Assembly: GCA_964016885.1 (NCBI GenBank)
Contig: OZ024742.1
Coordinates: 249,302,001 to 249,366,000, forward strand
Length of the DNA stretch: 64,000 nucleotides
Direction of reading: 5' to 3'
From: Eledone cirrhosa
Taxonomy: Eukaryota
The notes under the pieces are model-generated. The model saw nothing but the letters and a program-made list of their open reading frames with translations. It was not told where the DNA came from and searched no databases. A program made the position numbers and the translations under genes. Shown in pieces: positions 44,905-58,711 of the stretch. Within the stretch, counting starts at the first letter, position 1; each line of letters begins with the position of its first letter.

Positions 44905-45410
44905 AGCACATGCGCCATGGTCAACAGGAAGAGAGACAGGAACTATTCAGCCTTTCTGTCTCTGAGTCTCACAAATGCCGATGCGGTACCACTGTGGATA
45001 CTTTCGGTTTCCAAATACTGGCTTGCTGTTACAGGGTTGGCCCCCTCCTGTGCAAGGCTGCTCCCAACGAGATCATAAAACATGACCTGGATGGTGCAGT
45101 CTTCACTTCCAATCTCGAGCCAGCAGGGATGGATCGAGAAGCCGTTAAATGGCCAGACGTCATAACAATGTTTCCATTCTGCAACGGAAAGCCCCACGTC
45201 TGGGATGCTAATTGCTGTCACACCTTCTATAGTGGCAACCGGGTGCATTCGGCTACCAGCCAAGACTTTGCTTCCCCCCAGGCCACATCGGAAGTATCGG
45301 AAGCTCTCCGATAGGCTTGTGGAAGAGACTTCCGGCGTTCTTGACCCTCAGAATACATTCCTGCTCAATGCTATCGGATCTGGCTCCGCGTATGTGCGAA
45401 CCCCTCACTT
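44905..45410 (+). pseudogene. Second CRE-clade fragment (zinc knuckle plus restriction-like endonuclease)
   Basis: HKCRCGTTVDTFG..LAC..NEII..LEPAGMDRE..KWPDVITMFPF.NGK..VWDA.C..TF. Confidence 0.75.
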
Positions 45411-45442
45411 TTAGAACCTAAAATCAGCCCCACTAATATAAC

Positions 45443-45628
45443 TGTTTCTACTTTTGGCACAAGGCGAGCAATTACCCAGTGCATTACTGGTAATTTATTT
45501 TATCGACAAAGTAAGGATGAAAGGCAAAGTTAACCTCGGCGGGATTTGAACTCAGATCATAAAGGGGTGTAACTCTATGCTACAAAGCATGGCGTCCGAC
45601 TCTCTACCGATACTGCCAATCCACCGCC
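45443..45628 (-). mobile_element. Full-length tRNA-derived SINE with ~17-bp target-site duplication
   Basis: agcccc(c)actaatataac flanks both sides. Confidence 0.92.
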
Positions 45629-45684
45629 AGCCCCACTAATATAACATTTGAGAATTTTCATTAGGAGCTGAAACACAATATATA

Positions 45685-45836
<152 letters not shown>

Positions 45837-45873
45837 TATATATATATATATATGCACATATATATATATATAA

Positions 45874-45974
<101 letters not shown>

Positions 45975-46074
45975 TATATATATATATATATATATATGCA
46001 CATATATATATATATATAATGGAATTCATGCACGTTTGATGTATGAGTAGTATATTGAATGACACAAATATATA

Positions 46075-46158
<84 letters not shown>

Positions 46159-46860
46159 GTTAGCAAATGTTCCGTCATCATAATACTTCCTGTTGTACAT
46201 AATTGATAAACCTGACAAGGAAAATAATACATGAGACGCTAAAGGTTAATAAGTCACATGTATATGGAGAATCTGTTAAAACACTTATCTTTGTAGTTTA
46301 TAATTACACACTGTCATGGCCGCATCGAAATAATATGTAACTATATCGATGCTAGAACACTACTGAAATAGTTCACCCAGCGCCGTATATCACTCATGCA
46401 TACAGCGCTTGTATATATATAGTTTCAGATGATAAGTTGACATTCTTTCCAAAAAGCGCAAATTCATTGATGAAAGAACGAAGCAAAACATTGATCTACG
46501 TAAATGATTTTCAATTACCAACTATCGATATTGGTAAGGCACCGAAATATACAGTCTGTTCGTCAGTGGAAGTGTCTTAATGTATGTCCCACACTGTAAA
46601 AAATACCATTACATGAGTCGAGAGCAGAGAGTTTGTTTAAAATCCCCATTCCACATTGTGTCAGAATATTCCAAAAATTGTACAGGGCTGAAAGCTGCAC
46701 AAACCCAGATCCAGTCAATTTAACTTCACAAATTAATAAATTGAGTAGCTATATACGATGTTAAGCTATCAATACATATTTAATATATATATTATGGTCA
46801 TGATTCTCAATAAAATAAAGCACAATGGTCTCAGTTCAGATCATCAATTACATAAATTGA

Positions 46861-46924
<64 letters not shown>

Positions 46925-47099
46925 ATCACAAAAAAAGAGAATCAGTGTTGCGACGAATGGAATTTATTGGACATATTACAATCGTTTTCCTGGCGATCAG
47001 CTCGAGGCACGATCGATGTGATGATCGAACCTGACTCTGAAACGCAAGGTCCTCAGATACGTCTTGATTCTACGAAGCAGATTTTCTTAAAAATTGATT

Positions 47100-47245
<146 letters not shown>

Positions 47246-47288
47246 CATACATTTATATATATATATATATATATAATATATATATATA

Positions 47289-47407
<119 letters not shown>

Positions 47408-48228
47408 GTTTGTGTACATGCAAAAATAAGGAAAATCTACACGCATATTCACAGAGATGCACTGACAAACACACGCACACATGTTTATTAACTTTCGTGA
47501 CAATATGTCATCTCATACCAACTCTGCATACCCCGTTCCACAAAATCCTTCCCCGAACACCCTCCTCGTCATCGTACTATTGCACACTTGGTATGTTAAT
47601 GAATCGTCTGTGTCGCTGCAGGTGGTAACTGATGACGACATGGGACTTAAAAACGATTCAGCATATCTCTGTACTGCATGTCTTTTCATATATGATATTT
47701 ACTACATATTCCGCAACGCTTCACAGATGATGCATAAACTGCTGAAAATCTGTGAGACCAGGTGGTGTTTGTGTTAATGGGGTGGATGTGTGAGAGGCGT
47801 GACGAATTATAAGGAATAAGGAAGAGAAGGAGAGACAGGTGAAATGAGCCCAAGTATATCAGACTCGTTCATATTTTTATTCGAACCGAACCCGGAAGAA
47901 ACAAAGACAGACATACAGTAAATTCATCAGCGCTTACACCTACACAGCCAATAAAGGGTCGCAACACCCCAATGCACAGAAACATATATACACACACACT
48001 CTCCCCCTCTCTGTCACTCTCTCACTCTTACATACATACACACATGCTAAGTCTCGCTGTCTCTCCCTCACACACATGCTCAGTCTCTCTCACTCTCTTT
48101 ACTTCTGTACGTATGTTGTACATAAGTTGTGATAATTCAACTGAATACTTCTTTCTTTAAGGAAGAATGTGTGTAGATAATATAAGATATATGTGCCTTA
48201 CGTCATCCAAGCGTCGAGCTTATATAAC

Positions 48229-48310
<82 letters not shown>

Positions 48311-48463
48311 TATATGTATGTATGTATGCATGTATGTATTTGAATTTCGTATTTCCAAAGAAATATGGTATGTTTATAAATAAACATTTAGAAAGCCTTA
48401 GCTATGAATAACACACTGGCAGCTAACGCCACCAGGCGGTGCCCGGCAGAGACAAGGGGGACA

Positions 48464-48507
48464 ATCGTCGATGCATTTCGAACTCAACTGGGTCTCGCCA
48501 GGACGAT
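48464..48507 (-). ncRNA. Minimal type I hammerhead ribozyme (A6G in this copy)
   Basis: atcgtc CTGGCGA gacc-cagttga-gttc GAAA tgca TC gacgat. Confidence 0.75.
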
Positions 48508-48805
48508 CTCTCCCGCACTTGCAACTGCCGAACTATGAAAACAGGCGAAAATATATAGGTTTTTCGTCTGTGTAAATAAGGTGATTAATCTCATTTGCAT
48601 ATGAAGCTTTATAAGTTGGCTCAACTTAATATAGAATAGAATTAGAATTTAGCTACGAACAGAGCTGTATACAAATGTGTATTTGAATTTCGTATTTCCC
48701 CCAAATACGGTATGATTATAAATAAACATTAAAAAAGCCATAGTTATGATTAACACACTGGCAGCTAACGCCACCAGGCGGTGCTCGGCAGAAGCAAGGG
48801 AGACA

Positions 48806-48849
48806 ATGGTCGATGTATTTCGAACTCAACTGGTTCTCGTCAGGACGAT
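48806..48849 (-). ncRNA. Minimal type I hammerhead ribozyme with intact core
   Basis: atcgtc CTGACGA gaac-cagttga-gttc GAAA taca TC gaccat. Confidence 0.8.
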
Positions 48850-50134
48850 CTCTCCCGCTCTTGAGACTGCTGGACTTAGAAAACAGGCAAAAATACAAAC
48901 TTTTTTCGTCTGTGTAAATGAGGTGATTAATTTCATTTGCGTATGAAGCTGTTTAATTTGGCTCAACTTATAAGGGTGTTATTCATGGCTATGGTTTTCT
49001 AAATATTTATTTATAAACATACCGTAATTTGGGGAAATACGAAATTCAAATACATATTTGTATACATCTATGTTGGATGCTAAATCCTAATTATATTCTA
49101 TTATAAGTTGATCCAACTTATAGAGTGTGTGTTTTTATTTGTTTATGTGTTTATTTATTTGTCACTAGCTGGTTGTTTTTTCGTTAGTTTGGTTTTTGTC
49201 TGTGTCTCTATGTCTTCATTTTGTCCTTAATTATTAGTTCTGATGTTGCTATTCCACTCATGTTTCCTGTTTAATTTTGGTTGGAGTTCGTATATGTTTC
49301 TCACGTCTGTAATTTGTCTGAGCATTGCGTCTTTTCTGTGTGTGAATGTAATGTTTATCTCTATGTTCTCTTGTGTGCCCCTATGTTCAATGTTGGCATG
49401 TTTGTGGAGTTCTGATGAGTTTCTCCCATCCTGGACTCCTCGCCAGTGTTCACTTATCCTTTCTCCTATGCTACGGGATGTTTCACCTATGTATATTATG
49501 TTCGTATTCCTAAACTGTACCTCAGTTTAGGAATACGTTTCTAGTTTTTCAGTTAGTTTGCGGGCTTAGCTTGAAAACTCTGCATTTCCTATCAGTGCAG
49601 AGTGTTCTTTGAAATGGGTATGTTTTACTAATTAGGGTTTTTATGCGAATACCTGGTCTTCCAACTATCTTAATATTCATTTTGAGCTTGTCTAGGGTCC
49701 TTCACAATCTGTAAGCTAGTTCGACTCTAGGGGTTATATTGACGAACATTACATTCTGGTATTTATTGCTATCATATCACGAGTTGATTTTATTTGCCTT
49801 ATTCCTAATCGTTTCTATTCTCTTGCAAAATTTGCTCCTGTACATGGGTCGAGTCCCATTTGCATCATTTTCTACAATATTTGCCCATTTGGTTCTGGCT
49901 CCTTTATATACACTGATCTTGTCTCTCTGATTGTAGCGAGAGAACTACATGAGGTGGATAAAGTGTTGTATGTGTCTCTCTAATTCTTTACAGTTGCACA
50001 TGCGGGACACGTTCCTCATCACTCTTACTAAGTCCACAATCAGTATATTCTTTTTATTGGCAGCATGTCTCTCCCAAAGTATAACAATATCTGTTTCAAC
50101 GCAGTTTTCAGATAAGAAATCTTGCAAACAAATT

Positions 50135-50167
<33 letters not shown>

Positions 50168-50170
<3 letters not shown>

Positions 50171-50310
50171 TTTATCCCGGGTTCAATCGGGGATAACTAC
50201 AGTAAGTAAGGTACTCAATACAAAGCAGAGTATAAATATTTAATATAGAAAAGGCTTCTACAAGACTAGAACTGTTTCATTCTAGTCCCGTAGAAGCCTT
50301 TTAACGTTCA
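50168..50310 (-). mobile_element. Short fold-back PLE-like remnant
   Basis: aaaaggcttctacaagactagaa / ttctagtcccgtagaagcctttt hairpin plus tail; reverse complement reads GAAAc..gTC. Confidence 0.5.
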
Positions 50311-50327
50311 ATACACACACACATATA

Positions 50328-50378
<51 letters not shown>

Positions 50379-50627
50379 TTTTCGTTTTCTTTATTAACCA
50401 CAAGGGTTTAAATAAAGTAGACATTAAGGACAGTACAGGATAATACGGGACGGTACAAATGGGCATTTCTGCGTGTAAAAAAACAGAGGATGTAATAAAA
50501 TAACAAAGAAAAATATCCCCAATAGGGGGGAGACTTCCGAGGGACGTTTGTAGAGAAAGCCCATTAGAAGACCACAGTGACCCTGACCACCAGGGCAAGT
50601 GCCCTCTCCCAGTTTTCCACCTTTAAT

Positions 50628-53600
50628 TTACAGACACATACTCAGAGAAGGCCCATTCATTCGGGCCATACTTGCTTCTCTCACCCATCTTTCAACAAAA
50701 TGCTGGGAAGACAGCACTTCCCTCTCTACCCTGATTTTCCTTTTCAAATGAAATTTGAAAAAGTTAATCAGGGCATCACCGAAGAGGTAAGTGCTCGTCT
50801 TCAGCCTTTCAAACGTGTCCACCATACTATCTCTTTCGCCATGGCCACCAGACAGATAAAAACTGCCTGCCCTTCCCGGCTAAAGGAAGAGGGCGGGGCA
50901 ATCCTCACGATGGACTCAGCTGATAGCCGGATCCGTCCTACACGTGACAGCAGGTGTTCGACATAAACCCACAAGTCAGCAATGCTCGGACACTGGATGA
51001 GGGCGTGCAGGACGGTTTCGTCGCCCTGTGCGCATCTCGGACATGCCCGGCTGACGGCACCTCCATGCCTGTAGAGTTTATCCCGAACTGGCAAAGCTCC
51101 CCGGTAGCACTGCCAGGCCAGGGATTTCTGGAAGTTGTCCATAGGCCCCGGCCCGAAAGTCCTTCCGAAGAGATTGGCTAGTTGATTTTCGTCGATGCCT
51201 AGAGTTTCTCCAAGTACGTCGTCGCTCTTCCACTCCACTAATCCCCTATAGAACGCCAAGGTGGAGTTTCCACCGATCACATTGCCCGATTAGTCGAGGG
51301 CTCTGAGCGCCTGAAGACATTCCAGTCTCCAAGCGCTCCCTCTCGGTCTTCGCTTGACCCAGGACTGCAGCTCCGTCAAGGAGACGAGCTGGGGAAAAAC
51401 GTGTCTAGCAAACGGCGACCACACCTGATCACCGTCGAGGAAGAGGTGGAGATGTCGTAGCCTGAGCGCATGTCTGCGCATCATCAGCCACGTAGCGGGT
51501 GTTGACAGCAGATGGACCGCCTGACCATCGGAGCGCGTCCCTTCCACAAGAAGCGAAAGAGCAAACGCTCCAGCGCAGTCAGGCGGGGCTTAGGACAAGG
51601 TATGACGATCAGGCGGTAGTAGATGACGGACGCGATGTACGCGTTAGCCACCTCCGCTCGACCTTTCAGGGATAGCTTCCTCTCGGCCCATTTCTGGGTG
51701 AGGGAAGCCACCCTGCTCGTCACCTCGTCCCAGTTTTTGTCCGTCTGGAGGTCTGGACCGAACCAGACCCCTAACAATTTAACCGGTCCGTCCGTCCAGC
51801 GCCCGACGACGCTGTTGGACGGCATGGACCTGCCTCTCCAGGTGCCGAGCTGCAGGCCCACTGACTTTTCCTGGTTGATCATTGCTCCTGTCACCGCTTC
51901 GTATTCTCTTAGTGTAGTGCCGATCGCCTCAATGTGTTTGGCGTTCGACACCACTACGGTGACATCGTCCGCATATGCTGACACGGATCTTCCGCATCCT
52001 AGCTCGCGCGGGACCCCCCTCAACGTCTCCAGTTTGTGCAGTAATGGCTCGAGAGTCAATACGTACAATAGGGACGAGAGGGGACATCCTTGGTGGACCG
52101 AGCGCATGATGTTGAACGGTTCCGAAAGGTGACCGTTCACTCTCACTACAGAGCAGATGTCGCTGTGCATGGCAGCGATCCAGCCTCTGAAGACGGGCCC
52201 AAAGCCAGCCGCCCTCAGGACTGCCGCTAGGTAACGATGGTCGACCCTATCGAAGGCTTTCGACTGATCTAAATTGATCAAAGACCCACCCGTGCCAGGT
52301 TCCCTAGCTACCCTCTCTACGATGTATCGCATGAGGTGGAGGTTGTCGTGGATGGATCTGTCGGGAATGGTGCATGTCTATGCCTCTCCCACCAGACCAC
52401 CAACGACAAGCGCCAACCTCTTTGCTAGCACCTTGGCCAAAATCTTGAATTCTGTGTTTAGCAAAGTTATGGGCCTAAAATTATCTATGTTATCCCCCTT
52501 GTTCGGATCCTTTCTCAGCAGCGTCACCGCTCCTCGGCTCACAGAGCTGGGAATTCTCCCGTTCTGTTGCCAGTTGCAGTAGAGGTCCGCCAAGAGGCCT
52601 CCAAACAAGTCTGGCATTTGTACGTAAAGTTCATAGGGCAGACCATCCAAACCAGGCGATTTTCCCCTTGTGCAGCCAGTCATTGCCTCCCGTACTTCAG
52701 CGGTTGTTATCGGCTTTTCGCAAAACTCCGCCTCAGTGGCCGAGAGCTGCGGCAGTCCGTCGAGGTAGACACTAAAGTCCATCCCTCGATCCGGCCCGCC
52801 ACTGCCCCCGAACATTTGAGCGAAGTGTCGCTGAAAAGCTTCACACATTTGCCCGGGATCGAGTAGCATGCGCCCGTCGTGGTCCACCAAAGACCTGATC
52901 GTGGCTTTGTTGCCACGACGCGCCTCCGCCACTCGGGCCCATTTAACGGCTTTCGTCCCCTCGTGTCTGAGAGCACGCACCCTAGCTCTGACAACGCAGC
53001 CTTCGTGTTTTGCATTGAAGAATTGGTCAAGGGCCAATTTCGCCGCAAGTACGTCGGTCGCGATGCCTTTGCTAAGCGCCTCGTCTAATTTTCTAACTAA
53101 TTCTCCCTCTGCTCTATTTTTCTCTATTGCTAAAGCCTTACTAAACCTAATGGACTCTATTCTAATTGCTCTTTTCAGAGCAAACCACCACTTGTTATTG
53201 ACGATGGCCCCCGTCAACGCCCGCTTAACTAGTTCGCTAATCCGGTCTCTGTAGACCTTATTCGCTGGTAAGGACGCGTTTAGCTTCCAGTAGCCGGGTC
53301 CTCGTCTATGAAGCCTATCTAAGTCAAGCACACAGATCACGAATTTGTGGTCCGTGTAGCTGACTATCTCGAATTGTGGACAGCCTATGCTAGACCTATC
53401 TATTTCCCTACAAAATACTCTATCCAGATATGATCTGGATGACCCTATGCGATTTGTCCAAGTCCACATTGGTACATTCGAAAAATCCATTCGGTACCTG
53501 TCAGACAGTTCAAAACGCCTGAGCAGGTTGGTGAGACTCTTGCACCCTCCTTCCCTATCCACTAATCCCACACAATCCCAGCGTGCATCTAAGATCCCGT

Positions 53601-54026
53601 TCCAGTCGCCCACTAACACTAAAGGGCGGGACGTTCCAAGAAAGGTCTCCAGACGCCTGAAGAAATCAGGCCGCCCTGCTCCTGTCGGGGCATAGACGGC
53701 CACTAACCTGAAAGCTTGCCCGTCTCCGCTGGTCACGTCCAGCACCACCAACTTACCTTCTGGGTTTAGGAAGATGGCCCGTATGGCAAGATCCAAACCT
53801 CTCCGAAAAAGCACAGCAAATCCTCCCCCAGATCCCGGACGGCTGGGAGATGCGTACACATCGTAGTCGCCGAAGATCGGTGCGAAGGCCCGTGCTCGGA
53901 GATTCTGGTCTCGCTGATGGCCACTACATCTATGTTTCGTGACCTGAGGTCGTTGAGCAGGTGGCCCTGCTTCCATGACGATCCCAAGCCACGCGCATTT
54001 ATGCTGCCTATTCTGAGTGAGGTCAT
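50628..54026 (-). pseudogene. Tx1 ORF2 (APE, RT, C-terminal CxxC..H..C), disrupted
   Basis: MTSLRIGSINARGL, VGDWN, SYLDRV, TDHK, WKLN, KSPGLDGL, FRPITLLN, LDQSKAFDRV, HQGCPLS, YADD, CPRC..ET..H...C; frameshifts and stops. Confidence 0.95.
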
Positions 54027-54060
54027 GTTGAAAAGGAGTGGAAAAGATGGGAAAGACCAC

Positions 54061-56076
54061 TTACCTTACTTCTCGTAGGGGAAGAACGGTTTTTCCATCC
54101 TTTTCACTGCTTGTGGCCTCTTCAGGAAGGATGTCCTTATAAATCCTCCTGGAGAGTGCTTGTCGGAAGTCTCCGATGTCTTTGGGGAATTTTTGTTTTA
54201 GTGTCATGTACGTTTTCTGTGTGATGCGAGTGATTTGTATGTGTGGAGGTGGTGTGAATTTTTGGGTTGTTGTGTAGTCTTTTTCTGTGATGCTGGTGTT
54301 GTGTTGGATGTAGTGTAATAATTGCTTGTTGTTCAAATTTAATGCTGTGTAGTGTGTATCGTTTTGGTTGTTTTGTTTTGTTTTATTCAAATTTGTGGGT
54401 TTGTTTCTGTTTCGCATATTGGTGACTTTTGTGGTGTAGGTGATGGTTGTGTTGGGGTTAATGATGGTGATGGGATTGGTGTTTGGGTTGATGGGTTTGG
54501 TGATGCTGGTGTGGATGGTGGCATATCTGTCCTAACTTTTTTGTTTGTTAATTTATTTGTTTCCCTCTGTATTTTGTTTTTGGAAGGAAGAGAATTTTTT
54601 CTTTTTTGGTTTTATTTTTTTTCCTGATAACGTTTCCCACTCCTCGTCGTCACAATCTGTCTCCAGTTGTGATAGGCCGGGAGTGGAAAATCCTCCACAG
54701 GGGTTAGTTTTGGTTGTGGCGTGGTGGATGGTGTAGGCGCTGGTGCTAGTTCTGAAGCGTTGGGTGGTGGTGGTGTTGGTTTTGCTGGTGGTGGTGGTGT
54801 TGATTTTGCTGGTGGTGGTGGTGTTGGTTTTGCTACTGTTGCTGGGGTTGTTGCTGTTATAGTTGCTTCTGTTGTTGCTGCTACAGTTGTTGCTGCCATC
54901 TCTGCTACTGGTGGTGTTGATGGTTGAGTCACTGGGGTGAGTAGGAGAGGTGGCCTCAACCTTTTAGCCTGAGGGCAGAAAGCCCTTAGGTGGGTTCCGT
55001 CCCCACAAACGACACACCTAGGCCTTCTGCCCTCGACAATTACGGTGAGGTGGCTGCCGTCAGTGAGGTCTATTACCTCTGGGATCTCCTCAATGCATTT
55101 TTGGTCCGCTTGGATCAGGTACTCCATCCCAGATCCGGACCAGTTCTCCTGCTTTTCTTTTGCTATTGCTATTATCTTTGTGTTGGCTTCGATGCCGGCG
55201 TGGACGGCCGCTATTAGCCAGGGAATTTCGATGACCGGTGGAACGTGGGTCACCCTGATCTTTACGAGTCTCTGGCCACAATAGCTTGGGACGAGTGTGA
55301 AGTCGTCACTTCTTAATGCGGCCATGGAGTGTTCTCTAGCCTCCTCTGGTGTTTCAAAGAACACGTCCACGGTTGCATACTTCTGCCCATGTCTGATGTG
55401 GGTTTTTCTTGCCCACACATGTCCCAAAGCTTTTTTGATTTGGGACTCGGATGCTCGTTCCACTCGGCGCGATTTTACATTTATTGTTCGATACGACACG
55501 GTGCATAGGCGCCGATGCTCCATTTTATTAGGTGGGAGGGTGAGGGGGTGCTGACCCTGTACCCATCTTTCTTTACCATTTTTTTGGCATATTCTAATTC
55601 CTCCTGAGTTACCGTAAATGCTTCGCACTGTTTTGCTACTCTGGCAAAACTCAAGGTGGTTTTTTTAATGTCATTGTTGCTGTTGTTGCTATCGTTATTT
55701 TTGTTATTATTAATTTTAGTTTCAATTGTGGTGGTGGTAACGTCAGTGGAGTTCGGTTTGGAAGAGTCCATTTTGGTTGAAAATATTTCGACATCACGAG
55801 TTGATTTATTTTTTCCTTTTGTTTCTATTGTCTCGGTGGTGGTGTGGGGGGGGGGGGGGGGTTGTCGCGCTGGTGGTAGTAGGTCGCGGCTTTAACACCT
55901 GCAGTCATTGGTAATGGCGGGAAATGAATGTCTGCCTGAGACAAATTTAAAATAATGCTAGTGCTTAAATTGTTTGTGTTGGCAAACGTAGTATCATTTA
56001 CAATGGTGGTGTCGGTGTGAGGTGTTAATTTGTGAGGAAGGCTTTCAGTTGCTTGGTGCAGAGGTGAATTAGCCAT
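54061..56076 (-). pseudogene. Tx1 ORF1 (gag-like, CCHC knuckle, Pro/Thr-rich), frameshifted
   Basis: VEGRRPRCVVCGDGTHLRAFCP; pieces 55825-56076, 55481-55771, 54612-55628 and 54061-54417. Confidence 0.88.
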
Positions 56077-56285
56077 TTTTCTTTCAAAGAAATGTTTGAT
56101 AATCATAAAAGTTTAAATTTTGGGCACAAGGCCCCAATCTTTTTGGGTGTCCTTTTCGGAAAACAATGTATGTGCGCTTATATATAGTTAACAATAAAAA
56201 GTTTCCATAAATGGCAATTTTTAACAAACGGAAATAACAAACCTTTGCGGAGCTCACGATGATACGATTTACTACGTAGGTCGCC

Positions 56286-56326
<41 letters not shown>

Positions 56327-56328
<2 letters not shown>

Positions 56329-58508
56329 GTATAAAATTTTAACATCAGTCCTAACTGAATATACATATGACCACCTGATAACAAATGACCTATTTCCCAT
56401 TAAGCAGAAAGGGTGTAAACGAGGCTCATATGGTTGTAAGGATCAGCTTTTGGTTAACAAAATGATACTGGAAGATTGTCATAATAGACACAAAAATCTA
56501 TCAATTGCTTGGATAGATTATAAAAAAGCATTCGATGGTTTGCCACACAGTTGGATTGAAAAATGTTTAGAGATTTTCAAAATATCCCCCGTTGTCAGGA
56601 GGTTTTTGTCATTCAGTATGAAGACATGGAAAACGACACTCCTTTTGAATAGTGAAACAAAATCACTGGAAGCGGGAGAAGTTAATATTAATTGTGGAAT
56701 GTTTCAGGGTGACTCTTTATCACCGCTTTTATTCTGCATCACACTTATATAATTAAGTAAAATGCTCAATGAATCAAAACATGGATATAAAGTCTATGAC
56801 AAAACCATTAATCACTTGTTCTACATGGATGACCTGAACCTATTTGCAAAAAATGATGAACAATTGCAAGGGCTATTATCCACTGTGGAGCAGTTCAGTG
56901 ATGACATTAAAATGGAGTTTGGACTAGATAAATGCGCCAAAGCAACGTTCACCAGATGAAAGCTGCTGAAAAGTTCAGACATTGATCTTGATCGATGGAA
57001 TGTGATAAGAGAACTTGATCAAGAGGAAACTTACATATCTAGGTGTTTGTGAAGGAGACGGAATCAAGCTCTCGACAATGAGGGAAAGGATAAGGAAGGA
57101 ATGTTACCGCAGAGTAAAAGCAATCTTCAGAACGGAATTGAATGCAAGGAATAGGATCGATGCCATAAACACGCTTGCCATACCAGTAGTAACCTACAGT
57201 TACAATGTCATCAACTGGTCAAGCACCTAGATCCGTAGGCTGGATACAATAATTCGAAAATTCTTAACCATGCACAGAATGCATCAGCCTAAGGCAGATA
57301 CAGATAGAATATATCTCCCTAGGAAAGAAGGAGGACGTGGGTTAATCCAGTTAGACATTGCGTTGAAAACTGCAACAATTGGATTATCTACATATCTAAG
57401 GGAATCACATGATTGGATGATCAAACTCGTTTTGAAACACGAAAGCATCAAAAGATCATACTCCATTACAAAAGATGCACAAAGATACAGTAATGGACTA
57501 CACATTTCAGAAGTCCCATTTACTGCTGAAATGGAAAACACAGAAAAAGCAAACCAGGTAAAAGTAACTGCAAAGAAAGAACTGCTACAGAAACTGGCTA
57601 AGAAATGGCAAGAAAATCCTCTGTATGGAAAATACCCAGACGAGCTAACAATCCTGATGTTGACAAAACTTTAACCCATCAGTGGTTGGCATCCTCTGGA
57701 CTGAAATCGGAGACTGAAGGACTGATTATATCAGCACAAGATCAGTGTCTGCCAACAAAAAATTACCAAGCCAACATAATAAAAAATGCAGCCCATTATG
57801 CCGTGTATGTACAAAACAACCAGAGACCATTGACCATATAATTTCAATGTGCAGTCCTATAGCTCCAACCGAATACCTAAACAGGCATGACAGAGCTGCA
57901 CAATACATACATTGGATAATGTGTAAGCATTTTGATCTGCCCCATCAAAAGAATTGGTGGGAGCATCAACCCCCTCCCGTATTTGAAAAAGATCACATCT
58001 CAATCTTGTGGAACTTTAGCATCCAAACAGACCGAAACATAGATGCAAATAGACCTGATATAATACTGAAGGACTTTAAAAAGAGGGTATGCCTGCTAAT
58101 TGATATGTCTGTTCCAATAGACAAGAATGTATCTATAAAAACATTTGAAAAATTGAGCAAGTATAAGGACCTAGAGATAGAAATTGGAAAAATGTGGAAA
58201 TTGAGAACTAAAACAATACCAGTGGTTGTAGGCGCTCTAGGAATGATACCTAAGGGGTCTATGATTACTTATCGCAAATCCCAGGAAACTCGCATATAGG
58301 AGAAATACAAAAGATAGTACTAATGGGAACTGCCCATATACTAAGGAAGATTCTGTCAATATAAGTACATCACAAGTCTAAACACCTAAAGATGCATGTG
58401 TGTGTATGTATGTTCTTTCTTGAACATGGCGGACCTTGTTGTCTCTTGAGGTCACTGGTTGTGACTTGGTGATAACTCGTATGAACATAAAGCAAGATAA
58501 ATGCAACT
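56327..58508 (+). mobile_element. 5'-truncated R4/Dong-clade non-LTR retrotransposon (RT, CCHC, restriction-like endonuclease) with a (TAA)n tail
   Basis: QKGC..GSYGCKDQL, WIDYKKAFD, GMFQGDSLSPL, YMDD, GLDKC, CRVC..ETIDHI..C, RHD, NRPDII..IDMSVP..KY.DL; stops and frameshifts. Confidence 0.93.
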
Positions 58509-58523
58509 ATAATTATAATAATA

Positions 58524-58710
58524 ATTGTTTCTACTTTAGGCACAAGGCCAGCAAATACCCAGTGCATTACTGGTACTTTATTTTATCGACCCCGTAAGGA
58601 TGAAAGGCAAAGTCAACCTCGGCGGGATTTGAACTCAGATCGTAAAGAGACGTAACTATGCTGGAAAGCATGGCGTCCGACCCTCCACCGATACTGCCAA
58701 TCCACTAGGC
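58524..58710 (-). mobile_element. Full-length tRNA-derived SINE whose tail sits in the Dong (TAA)n tail
   Basis: Reverse complement of the SINE consensus. Confidence 0.92.
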
Positions 58711-58711
58711 G

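Larger units (their letters stand above)
48336..50130 (-). mobile_element. 5'-truncated Penelope-like element (Neptune-like) with tandem and inverted pLTRs
   Basis: ORF remnant 50130-49160: GTRPMYR, NVMFVNITP, IKIVG.PG..IK.L, C....C, IYIGETSRSIGERISEH; direct repeats ~48336-48677 and ~48678-48975; inverted piece 48975-49125. Confidence 0.85.
50378..56285 (-). mobile_element. Full-length Tx1/L1-clade LINE inserted in (TAA)n
   Basis: 5'UTR starting ggcgacctacg, ORF1, ORF2 and 3'UTR; (TAA)n on both sides (50326-50377 and 56286-56326). Confidence 0.95.

Noticed and set aside
56230-56285. HDV-like ribozyme at the Tx1 5' end (also sought in the RTE 5'UTR)
   Set aside because: I could not build the P1/P2/P3 nested pseudoknot by eye
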